Assembly: GCF_019464535.1 (NCBI RefSeq)
Contig: NZ_CP080507.1
Location: 4,260,001 to 4,292,000, forward strand
From: Horticoccus luteus
GTDB taxonomy: Bacteria > Verrucomicrobiota > Verrucomicrobiia > Opitutales > Opitutaceae
DNA: 32,000 nucleotides
Direction of reading: 5' to 3'
Below the pieces are notes generated by a model, which was not told the origin of the DNA, searched no databases, and worked only from the letters and a program-made list of their open reading frames with translations. Positions 12,001 through 24,000 of this stretch are shown here, piece after piece. The translations under genes and the position numbers were made by a program. Every line of letters starts with the position of its first letter. Within the stretch, counting starts at the first letter, position 1.

Positions 12001-15000
12001 CGGCGACGTGAATGCGGCCGTCGCGCTCTTCCGTCCGACGGACACGACGGACACCACCACTTACACCGCGCTCAAGGTCACCGCCGCATCCGCCGAATTG
12101 GTGGGCCTGCCGTCGACCTTCCACCTGACCCTCGCGGGCATTCAAGTTGGCTACAACACAGCCTCCGCGCCGGGCGGTGCTGCGGCAGCGGCGATCGATT
12201 TCTCCAAACTGGATGACGGCGGTTTGGACGTCGCCACGGGCGGCGACGCCATCAAGCTCGATTTCACCGGCAGCATCCTCCAGGTCGTCGTCGATCCGTT
12301 GACGATTACGATCGACGACTTCGTCACCATCTCAGGCCGCTTCGCCTTCGAGCGCAACGACACGGAACTCCTCCTCGTCGCCGATCAAGTCACCGCCAGT
12401 CTCTCGTTGGGTGACTACACGGTCGGCGTTAAGGAAGCCACGCTCGGCCTCATCCTTCCGACGGCCGGAGGCGTCGCCCTCGATGCGCACGGCGCGTTCG
12501 TCTTCGAAGGCCCCGGCTTCGCCAACGTCACAGTCGATTCCGTCGCCGTTCAATACAACACCAGCGGCACCGACTATTCTGCGGCCCCCCGCACGCTCAC
12601 CATCGGCACCGTCAGCGCCGATGTGACGGCCGCGCTCGGTTCTGTTTCCCAGCCCTATATCGCCATCGCGGCCCATGGCCTCGAGGTCGACATCGCCGGC
12701 CTGGTTCACGTGGGCGGCGATTTCGCTTTCTCCAAAGGCTACACGACCGGCGGCACGAGCATCATCCGCATCGGCATCGCCAATTTCCACGCTTCGCTCG
12801 GCAGCGACGACGCAACCTACTTCACCGTCACCAATGGCAGCGGCGCGTTCATGCTCACCGATGCCGGCATGGCGGCGACCATTTCCGCGACCGTCAACGT
12901 CGACAACATTCCCGGCATCACGATCGACGACAGCACGTTCACCTTCTCGATCAACACCCTGCCCGATGCGGTCAACGAAAGCTTCACGCTCAACGGCGAC
13001 ACGTTCACGCTCAATCTCCGCGCCGGCACGCTCATCAGCATCTCCGCCGACCCGTTGAACGTCAGCGTGCTCGGCATCACCCTGCACGGTTCGTTCTCAT
13101 TTGAACAGACGACGGACGCCAACGGCGCCAAAACGATCGTGGTTTCCGCCGCCAATGTTTCCATCGACAACTTCCTCGGCGACGGCACCGACGGTTCGCC
13201 GATCAACGTTCATGATGCCGGCGGTCTTTTCGTCCTCACCGATTCCGGCATGGCCGGCGTGCTGTCGTTCCAGGCCGACGTCGCGTTCGGACTCTTCTCC
13301 GCAGGCGTCAATCTCAGCCTGGAAATCAACGACACAGGCAATGCGGTCAACGCGACCGGGGTGTTCGGCACCGTTGCGCTCGAGGCCGGCCGCTTTACGC
13401 GCATCGTCCTGAAGGATCTCAAAATCACGTTCCCGGGCATCGAAATCGACGGCGACTTCAGCTTCCAGTCCGCCCTCGTCAACGGTGTCGCCACCAACGT
13501 CATCGCTGGTAACAATGTTCACATCTTCATCGGCGATAACGTGAGTGGCACGCGCATCGGCTTGGAACTCACCGATGGGCAGGCGCTCTTCATCGTGGAT
13601 GGCGATCTGAAGGCCGGGCGCGTCACCGGCACGGTGTCACTCGTGGGCGTGACCGGTCTCACCATCTCGGCGACGATGACGGTGCGTCTCAACCAGTTCA
13701 CGACCGCGATCAGCAAGACCGTTGTCCTCGATGGCGAGACGGTTGCGTTGAACTTCACCTCAGCGGAGACCAGCGGCTTCATCCAAGTCGTCGGCGAAGA
13801 CATCCGCTTCTCGGTCGCCGATGCGTTCGAACTGCGTGGCACCGTCGCGTTCACCCGCACGGCCTCGAAGTTCTACGTCGGTGCCACCGACGCAGAAATT
13901 TTCGTCGGCAGCGGACCGCTTTACGATGCCAGCGGCACACTCAATCCTGACGCCATCGGCCTGCGCATTCACGACCTCGATTTCGCGATGGTCATCTATA
14001 CCGACGTCGCCGGCAAATACGCGTTGAAGGGTGAGGGCTCGGTGAGCTTCGTCGGCTTGGATGGCTTGGATGCCGTCGCTTCATCGGTCGGCCTGCGCTT
14101 CGGCGTCGGCCTCAACAAGACCGGTGCCGCCGTCAACGAAAGCGTGCCCGTGAGCACGACGCTCACGATGCCTTTGGTCTTCGCCACTGGTGACTCATCG
14201 CCGGTCTTCATCGGCGGACTGACGATCAGCGTCGGCAGCGTGTTCACGCTTTCTGGCTCGGTTGAAATCCAGAAACAGGCGAACGGTGACCTCGACATCA
14301 ACGTCACCACAGCGAGCTTCAGCTTCAGCAATGGCGACTATGGCCTGAGCGGCACGGCGCACATGAAGCTGACGGCGACTGATGGGTTCAAACTCGTCAG
14401 CTTCTCCATCACTGGCGCGACCATCGCCGGCCACACACTTTCCTTCTCGTCTCCCGCCGCGCCTGCGCCCGACGGCACCGCCAATGCGCCGGCAGCGATC
14501 CCCACGCCCGCGCAAAGCACCAGCTCTTTCACCGTCGGTCCGCTCTCGTTCGTCAACCCCGGCGTCGGCCTCGATGACTTTAGTTTCAAGGGCGGCAAAG
14601 TCGTCATCACCCTGAAACTCACACTCGACAGCGCCACCCTCGCATTCGGGGGTTCCGCCGCGGCCAGCGCTCAAACCTCCTCCGGCATCACCGCAAAAAT
14701 CACGGGGCTTGCGATCACGTTCGATGTCGGTGTGGACATCGCGAGCGGGTTCTCCGTTTCGCCCACGGGAAAGTGGAGCGTTGCGGCTGATTCGCTTCTC
14801 ATCGAGATCCCCAGTCTCGTTAAGATCACCGCCACAAACATCGTCATCAAATACGATCCCGATGCCGCGTCCGACCAGGAACTCGTCCGCATCAATTCCG
14901 CGAAGCTCGACTTCCTGACGATTCCGGTCTCGGGCAGCATCGATCCCTACACCGACGGTTCCAACCCGACCATCCCCGGCTTGGTCATTCGTGGCGATGG

Positions 15001-18000
15001 CTTCACGCTCGGCCAAGGCAAGATCACCGTCCATGGCACCAACGGCCAGCCGGCGGTCACGCTCGGCAGCGTGCTGACGCTCGACGACATCAGCGTCGGC
15101 GTCACCAACTTCAACGTCAGTTTCGTGGGCGATACCTTCCCGGCGTTCGATGGCGCCATCTTCTTTGCGTCCGGCGGCGCCAAGCTCAGCATCGGCTCCG
15201 CCTTCACGGCGACCGTAAGTTCGAAGACCGTAGGCGGCGACGCCCTCCGATTTGACGTTACGTTCACCGATGGGAAACCCGACGGACTGATCTTTAAGGT
15301 CTCAAAACTGGAGATCAAAATCGCCAGCATCCTCACGCTCGGCGCCGAAGACTTCTCCCTCGACACCCGCGCGACCGGCAGCGACGCGATGGTGGTCTTC
15401 GGGTCCGTTTCGGCGGATCTGACGATCGCGGGCAACACCCTCGGCGGGGAAGCGCGCAACTTCTACATTACGGGCGACGGGCATTTCAAAGCGGGCAACC
15501 CCACCGACAGCTCCAAGAAATTCGGCGTCGCCCTCAACATCGGCGGAGCCGATGGCAACACCTTCAAGTGGCCGTCGTGGCTCCCGATCAAGATCACCAG
15601 CATCGCGCTGGAGTGGACGGACATCGAAAATAGTCCGGCCGACTTCGACATCATCCTGTCCGCCAGCATCGGCAGCATGCCCGGCGTGCCCGGTCTGGTG
15701 TTCAGCGGCACGGTCGACGGCATTCACATCCGCCCGAGCTTGCTGCTGGAAGGCAAATTCCCGGTCATCGGAATCGATGCACTCGGCGTTACGGTCTCGG
15801 GTAACATCGCCGGCGGCGAAATATCTGGCGGGCTCATCGGCGGTATTCTCCGCATCACCGAGCCGACGCCCGGCCATTACGCGATGGCGGATGCGTTCAC
15901 GACCGATGCCGATGTGGTGGACCGCATTCTCTATATCGCGGTTCAGGGCAGCTTCAGTTTCGCCGGCTTGGCCGGGTTTGGTATTCAATTTGCCCTCAGC
16001 GAACTCGGGCCGCTCGGGATGCAGATTAATATTAACGTGCCCGGCGGTATCCTCCTCGAACCCAACACAGGCCTCAGCATCAATAATTTCACGGCCGGCG
16101 TGGAGTTCTTCAAAACCCTGCCGTCGATCGACGATCCGCTCGCGTTGCGCGACCCGGCGTTCAGCGTCTCGGCCGCGCCGGCCGCCGGTGACTGGCTGGC
16201 GGGCGTCAAACAACAGGTCCTCAACCAATTCATTGCAGTTAAGGCCAACCCCAATCTCGGTGGTTTCCTCGCGGCGTTCACGCAGCCGATGCTCATCAAG
16301 GGCTCGGCGCAGATCTACACCATCTACGCATCCCAAGCCACGTTCAACGGCCAGGTCGACGTCATCTTCAGCACCGACGGCAAGTTCCTCGTCACGGGCA
16401 AACTCAACTTCGCCGCCAATCAACTCAGCGTCAGCGGCAAACTTTACGCCGACCTTTCCAACGTCGCCAACGGCGCCGTCACCGTCCTCTTCCTCGCCGA
16501 TCTGCCGGATCAAGTGCGCCTGCTCACGATCGACGGCAAACTCAAGATGGGCTTCAAGAACGACGCCGGCGAAGACGTTGAAATCCCGGTCGTCAATCTC
16601 AACGACGTCGATCCCACCGCTCCGACCGCCACCGTCCTCCTTCCGGCGAGCGACGCCGGCCAGCTCAACAACCAGATCGGCACCGGCACGCCTTATATCG
16701 ATGTTGTCTACAAGCCCGGCGCTCTCGGCACGCTCGACTATGCGTCGATTCTCGACGCCGACGCCGACTTCGTCGCCACTTTTACGAAACTGGATGGCAC
16801 GACCGTCACCTTGACGCTTTCGGGCACTCCGCAGCCGATCGAAATCGGTGTCGACGACAACGGCGTGCCGCAGGAATCGATTGTGACCGCCGGAAGCACG
16901 GCCGACTTGATCGCGCTACTCAAGGGGAAGGGTATTCAGCGCTTCCGCTACCAGATCACCAATACCGATTTCGCCTGGAGTCCCGGCACGCTCGACATCT
17001 CTTACTCGGCCGGAGGATTCGCTCAAACGGTCACGGGCACCGGCGCGACGTTGGATAACGAAGCGGCCACCCAAACCGTGCTCGTCCAAGGCGCCACCGC
17101 CGCCCTCGCTTCACCGATTGCCAACGGCAGCATCGCCATAGCGAGCCTCAACGCTCGCAAGTATATCGACATCAATCTCGCGCCCTCGCTCACCAGTGGA
17201 GCGCTGATCAACCTGGCCAACGGCCCTCCGCTGACCTTGGCCGGCCCTGGCGCCACGGGGGTCACGCTCAGCCCGACGGGTGAGCGGCAGGGCACCACGA
17301 ATACTTATCGCTACGCGTTTACGGGAGAATTCGATCCAGGCGACGTCGTCGTCTCCCTCGCGGCCAACACCTTTGCCGACAGCGCCGGTTTTGGAAATCT
17401 GGCGCAAACGTTCACGTTCCGCGTCGACGGCAGCACTGCCGTTCTGCCGGGTATTACCTCGGGTGCCGTCCTGGGCCTGACTACATTCGGCAACCAAGGC
17501 TACCTCGACGTCACGTTCAGCCCCGGACGGGGCACGAAAATCGATCCGGCGTCCCTCATGGACGACGCTCCGGAATTCACCATCACGATGTCTGATGGCA
17601 CCACCCTCACGGTCGACAATGATCCGACCCAACCCGGTGCACTCGCCGGCACCAACACCTACCGCTACACATTTACCGGCACACTGGTGGCGGGACCCGT
17701 CACCGTCACCTTCCCGGAAGCGAGTTTCAACGACAACGCCGGCACCGCCAATCTCGCGACGACGATCACGTTTACACTCGCCCGTCCGACGGCCACCGCG
17801 GGCAATTTCACCGATGGCGGCCAGACCGACACCACCACGCTCAACGGGCTCGGCTACTTCGAAGTCAACCTCTCGCCCGCGTTGAGCGGCGGCACGATCG
17901 ACGCCGATTCCCTCACCGCCTCCGACTTCGCGATCAAGGTCGTTAAACTCAAGACCATCGATTTCTACGGCAACGCCGTCGACGCTTCGACCGACACCCT

Positions 18001-21000
18001 CACGCTCGTCGGCCACAATCTCACCGACGGCGCGAAAGTCACCATTTCCGAATTCGCCCCCAATACCCTTCCCGACGGCCTCGCGGCAGGAGACTATTAC
18101 GTCAAGGTTCTCAGTCCGGACACGATCCAGCTTGCGACCACGGCGGGCGGCGCGGCCATCAACATCACCGGCTCCGCCGTCGCTACGAACAAGCTCCGCA
18201 TCGCCCAAGAAGGCGAGGAGGTCACGGGCTTCTCGATCACAAGCGTCGATCACGTGGCGAACTCCAACACCTTCCGCTTCCACTTCGATGGCGACTTCGA
18301 ACTCCAATCCCTTTCGCAGAAACTCCAAGTAACGGTCTCCATGGCGGCAGGCGCTTTTACGGACACCGCGGGCAACGAGTCGGCGGCGTTCTCCGCCACG
18401 TTCACGGTCCGCAAGCCCGCGAGCACCTTCTATCTCAGCCTCTCCGGTGGCATGATGCTCGACGGCGCCGGCTTCACCGACGAACCACTCATCGACGTCC
18501 GCGGCTACGTGAACTTCGAAGTCACCGAGACCGAGTCGGGCGGCCCCCGCTTCCGCCTCGATTTCGGCGGCACGTTCAAAGTCATCTATCTCGGCAACCT
18601 CGGCTCGGCAGCGGGCGTGTTCGTGCTTGATACGTCATCCCCTGCCTCCGGCCCTGATCCCGATGCCCTCACGGTCGGCGATTTGCTCTCGGATATGGGC
18701 ATCCCGATCACCGACAGCCCTGCTTTCGACATCGCTTTGCCCAAGTTGTGGGGCGTCATCAAAGTCGAGGCCAACCTGGCCGCCCTGAAGAATCTTGGCA
18801 TCGACGTCGCCATCGCTGGCACGTTCCAGATCAACACGACGAAGACCAACAAGACGGAGACCATCACGCTCGAAGGCATTCCGGGTGACCTCATCGGCGC
18901 CACCTCCTATCTCACCAACCCAAGCGAGAATGCGATTTCGTCGCTCAATAGCGGCACGCTCACCCAGGCGATGTTGGATGTTTTTGCCAATGCGAGCATC
19001 ACTTTGGGCGCAAGCGTGAAGGTCCTCACGATCGTGCCCGGCTCGCAATGGCGCATCATCGATACGGCAAACAACAACAAGCAGTACTTCATCCAGCTGC
19101 AGGATTCCGGCGCGATGGACGCCAGCGATGGGTCCACGACGCAGCACCTGAACTTCCGCGGCGATAAGCAGACGTTCACCCTCGCCCCAAAGACCCTGCT
19201 CATCGCCGGCTATGCCTACGCGAAATTCTCCTTCGCCGGGTCCCAGCTCTTCCTGATCAGCGGTGCCTTCTCGATCAAGATTTCGACCACGAGCATCGAG
19301 CTCTTCGCGGATGGCCATATCGCCTTCACGCCCGGCGGCGTCACCGTCTTTGAAGCCCGCGTCCAAGCCCTCCTGCTGGCCGGCAAGATCAACCTCGGCG
19401 ACCGCGACAACGACGGCACCAACGACGGCGTGGTCACCGGCATCGCCGGCAAATTCAAGCTGGCGGCCAGCATCAATCTACCCGGCATTCTCATCGGTGG
19501 CTCACTCGATGTGATGGTCAACAGCACCGGTGAGGACATTCTGTGGAGCGTCCCCGTCTTCCTGCGCGGAGCGACGGGCTACGATTCGATCAAAATTTTC
19601 GGCGCGGCGCCGAAACTAAATCCCGCCTTCGATCCGACGTCCGCGGCCGCGCTCGACGGCGGTGCGCTGGTCGAAGATACGTCTGCCACCGCTGGATGGT
19701 ATGTCGTCATCGGAGGATTGGCGTATGCCAACGTTCTCGGAGCGCTCCGTTTCGATGGCCTCTTCTTCTTCTCCCTTTCCAATACGGAATTCAAGCTGCA
19801 GGCGGCGGTGCGGACGGTCCTTAAGATTCCGGTTGTCGACGTCGAATTGTTCAAACTACAAGGCGCGCTGTCCCTCGTCATTGACGCCGACGGACTCTAC
19901 GGCACGGCCGCTTTGGCGATCTATGGCGTGCGGGGCATGCCGCCGGGCTTCACCCTCGATGCGGACTTTGCGATCACGATCAATACCGCCAGCATCTCGA
20001 AGACGGTCACCGTGATCTCGTTCGAGGCCAACACCGGCGCTCGCCAGTCCGAGACGGTGGCCATCCAGTCCCGCTTCTTCCAGATCGAGGCCGGCGGCAC
20101 GCTCACTTTTGGCGTCGCCGGTTATGATGCAGCCGTGCTTACAGGGCGCTTCGTCTTCACGATCGATGCCACCAATGGCTACGTGCAAATGACGGCCAAC
20201 GTCGACGTGACGCTGAACCCCATCGGCGAAGTCGGGTCCGCCGCGGGCGGCTTCCGCATCGGCGTCAAGGACGGGACACCTTACATCGCGGCGTTCATCC
20301 AAATTCAAGTAGGCACCGGAGGCGATCCGGATGGCGGCACTCAGACCATCCAATCGAGCAGTTTCATCCTGCAGTTCCGGATGGCGTTTTATATCAACAC
20401 AAGCGGCGACGACATCACGATCAACGGGATCACCCTCGCGCACGAAACCGTGAAGTTCGCCGCCTCCGGTGTGCTGCAGGTTTCCATCGGCGGTGTCGCC
20501 GGGTTCCGCATCGAAGGCGAGCTGAACATCGTCGCGAGCCCGGATGGCTTCGATGTCACCATCGGCGGCCAGCTCACGGTGCAGGTTGCCGGTGTAATCA
20601 TCTTCCGCGCCGGAGCCCTCGGCGGCTTGAAGGTCACCAACATCGGCACCGAGGCCGTTCCGATCTACACCTTGGCGGGTGTGCTGCAAATCAGCCTCGA
20701 TGCGGACGCGATTACGGGCGGCAACGGCTTCTCCTTCGACGCCACGTTCCGCTTTGAGGTCAACCTGACCAACGAAGAGCAGACTTTCGTCGCCGCCGGT
20801 CAGACCGTGGTCCTCGAAGCCGGCCTTTACGCGCGGATACATGCCGACGGCACCTTGATTCTCGGCGCCGGCGGCAACACCGGATTCTTCCTCGCGGGCG
20901 TGTTCGATCTCGAAGTCGGGAGCAACGGGCTCATGGTCGCCGCCCAAGCCATCCTGCACGTCAAGGTCTTGGGCGTCAGTCTCCTTGATCTGCAGGCCAC

Positions 21001-24000
21001 CGGCGCCCTGCTCATCGGTCCCAAGGGGATTGCCGCGCTCCTCGATCTTACGCTCTCGGTGGGGAATACGCCCGGCTTCACGCTCGCGGGTTCGTTCCAA
21101 CTGCGCCTCAACACCAGCAGTAGCGCCATTACCCAGATTGGCACGGTCACGGTCAATCTTCCGGCCGGTCCATACTTCCAGATCACCGTCTCCGGCACGT
21201 TGAATCTCGCGAGTGTCGTTACCCTGACAGGTTCCTTCACCCTCACGATCTCTCCCACGGGGCTCGCCATCGAGATTGTAGCGACCGCCAACTTGGGGCC
21301 GCTCGGTTCGCTCGGAGCCGGCGGGAGTCTCTATATCACCTCCGCCGGCCTGTATGGCAGTATCGAACTCAGCCTGAACGCCTCCATCGGCTTCGCGAGC
21401 GTCTCTTTCTCCGGTCGCTTCCAACTGGCCATCAATACGACGTCTTCCACCCAGACCGTCAAAGTTCTAAACGTCAACACGACCACGGGCGTCGTTTCGG
21501 GCCTCAAAGACGCGACCATCGCCCCCCTGACCGTCTTGATCAGCTTCGGTGGCAACGTCACCATTGGCTTCTTCGTCATCTCGGGTTCCGCGACGCTGAC
21601 CTTTGGCGCTGACGGTTTCTCGGTTGAGTTCGATGCTTCCCTGGATCTCGCCCTCTTCGGCACACTTTCCGTCAAGGGTGGGGCGATCATCCGCAGTGAT
21701 GGCGGCACGCCTTACTTCGCGCTCTACCTCGATCTCGGCGCCAACCTTCTCGCGATGGGGCTCGTGCAGCTCGGCGGCAACTTCACCCTCGAACTCAACA
21801 CCCGCGGCAGCACCGTCACCATCGCCGGTCACGACATCGCCGCCAGCACCTTCCGCGTCACGATCGCGCTCAAGCTCAAGATCTGGGTCTTCGAGGCCCA
21901 AGGCACGGCCTACATGCTCGCCAACTCCAGCTACTTCGAGGTCGGCATCACCAATCTGTCGGTCAACTTCTTCAATATTTTCAACATCGGTGTGAGCGGA
22001 TACATCCGCTCCAACGGCCAGTTCGAACTTACGGGCACAGCGAACTTCAATTTGGATTTCGGCCCCGTCTATTTCCACGCCTCCTTCTCGCTCACGATCG
22101 CCGATTGGGGCTTCAGTGGCCACGCCTCGGCATCCATCGGTCTGCATCTCGATTTCTGGCTCTTCTCGATCGACATCGATTTCACCATCTCGATCGGCTT
22201 CTCGTTCAACCTGAAGAAAAACTCCGTTACCTTCAGCTTCAGTATCTGGAAGTTCGGCTTCGATATTACTTGGTATTTCGGTTCGCCACCCGTTCTCGCC
22301 ACCAGACTCGCTGATGGAACCTTGCGCCTCAACATGGGCGTCGACGCGAAATACCGTGGTTCAGGCTATGGGGACGACACGGCCGAAAACTTCACCGTCT
22401 CACACGTCGGCGGCAGCGCCGGCAACGAGACCGTCCGTGTCTCCGCGATGGGTTACGAACAGGACTACGGCGGCGTCAGCAAGATCGTCGTCAACGACGC
22501 CGGCAACGGCAACGACGGCATCACGATCTCCGCCGGTGTGCTCGCGTCCGTCGACATTAACGGCGGCGTGGGCGACGATACGATTGTCAATCTCTCCTCC
22601 GGCGGCGGCACCATCCGCGGCGGCTCCGGCAACGACCATCTCATCGGCGGCCCCGGCACCAACTACATCTATGCCGGCGATGGTGACGACGACCTGAGCG
22701 GCGGCGAAGGCATCAACTACCTCTACGCTGAGTCCGGCACCAACACCCTTGCGGGCGGTGCGGGCGCCAACTATTTCTACAGCGGCACGGGCACCGATTC
22801 CATGAAGGGTGGCGGTGGCCTGAATACCTACATCTTCGCGGGCGCTTACGGCACCGATACGATCGAGGGTCACACCACCACGGACGGCCACCCCGATACC
22901 CTGCATGCGGGCGACATCGTGGATTTCAGCGGCGTCACCGCCCCGGTCACCTTTGCCCTCGGGTCCACCCACGTCATCACTTCCGGTTCGAACCAAGTCA
23001 CCATCACCGACCGCAGCGTCGACGTGTTTGTCGGCGGGTCCAACGCCGACATCTACAATGTCAGCTCGACCGCCGCCCGTGCCGCCACGCTCAAGGGCGG
23101 TCCCGGCAACGATACCTATAATATCACCCTCGGCAGCCTCGGCAGCACCGTCACCATCGACGATGCCAACAGCTCCACCAACGTCGACGTCCTCAATCTC
23201 ACCACCAGCGCGTCCTCGCAGGTTCGCGTTTCCCAGAGCACGGGCGACAGCAAGATCACCCAAGGTGCCCAGACGGTCCTCTACTCGCCGTCTTACACCA
23301 ACATCGAGCAGATGAACATTGTGGCGCCCAACGCCCCGGTGTTCGTCACCGGTCCCACGCCCGGCGCCGAGATGATCAACCTCCGCACGGACTTTACGAT
23401 CAACGCCCCCTCCGTCACCTGGAACGGCCGCATCCACGCCGGCCGGATCGAGTTCAATACCTCGTCCGCCATCGCGATCGACTACGACCTCGTCACGCGC
23501 GCCAACGGCAACGTCACGCTCAAGACCTCCTCGGGCGACATCAACCTCCATGCGGGCATTTATAGCGCCAGCGACGACGGCTACCTCGGCAACGGCTCCG
23601 GCACCGTTACCCTCACGGCGGTGAACGGCGGCATCCGCACCGATGGCAACGGCTGGCTCCGCAACGGCGCCTCCTTTGAGCAATGGCTCGATTGGGCTCT
23701 CCGCGCCGGCAAATACACTGCCGGCAGCACCAACTTCTCCACCGCGCAAATCACCGAGACGGGCGCCGCGCCTTGGGAAGAGTCGCTCTACCTTCCGAAC
23801 GGCACCGTCCTTCGTGCCGCCAACGGCGCCTTCATCCAGTCCGACCAAGGCACGCTCGTCATGAGCGCGAGCAACGGCATCGGCGCACCTCTCGCCGGCT
23901 TTGCCACCAGCCCCCTCGCCATCTTCACCGACGTCGCCGCCATCACCGTCACGACGCCGCTGACCACAAACTCCTACGTCACCGATCTCGACGATATTAC

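Noticed and set aside
1631-12150. FAG...GGP...DSNNDG read as canonical FG-GAP beta-propeller blades, or as dockerin or thrombospondin repeats
   Set aside because: Only one such loop occurs per ~179-aa unit. FG-GAP blades recur about every 60 aa, and dockerins have paired loops within about 70 aa. I therefore keep only the generic inference of a calcium-binding loop.
15552-16814. 420-aa plus-strand ORF, and the other plus-strand ORFs in phase 0 or 1 (for example 25080-25859 and 29208-29852)
   Set aside because: They are out of phase by +1 or +2 relative to the uninterrupted frame. Their translations are Pro/Ser/Arg/Ala/Thr-rich, typical of off-frame reading of GC-rich coding DNA. They contain no motifs.
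22069-22335. 88-aa minus-strand ORF in the A/T-richer patch, which might have been a small real gene or an insertion
   Set aside because: It overlaps the uninterrupted sense frame, which here encodes a well-formed aromatic beta-strand segment. The antisense peptide is just its complement. No flanking gene boundaries or repeats suggest an insertion.
22562-22837. RTX block as evidence that the C-terminus and type 1 secretion signal lie nearby
   Set aside because: More than 9 kb of open frame follows within the window alone.
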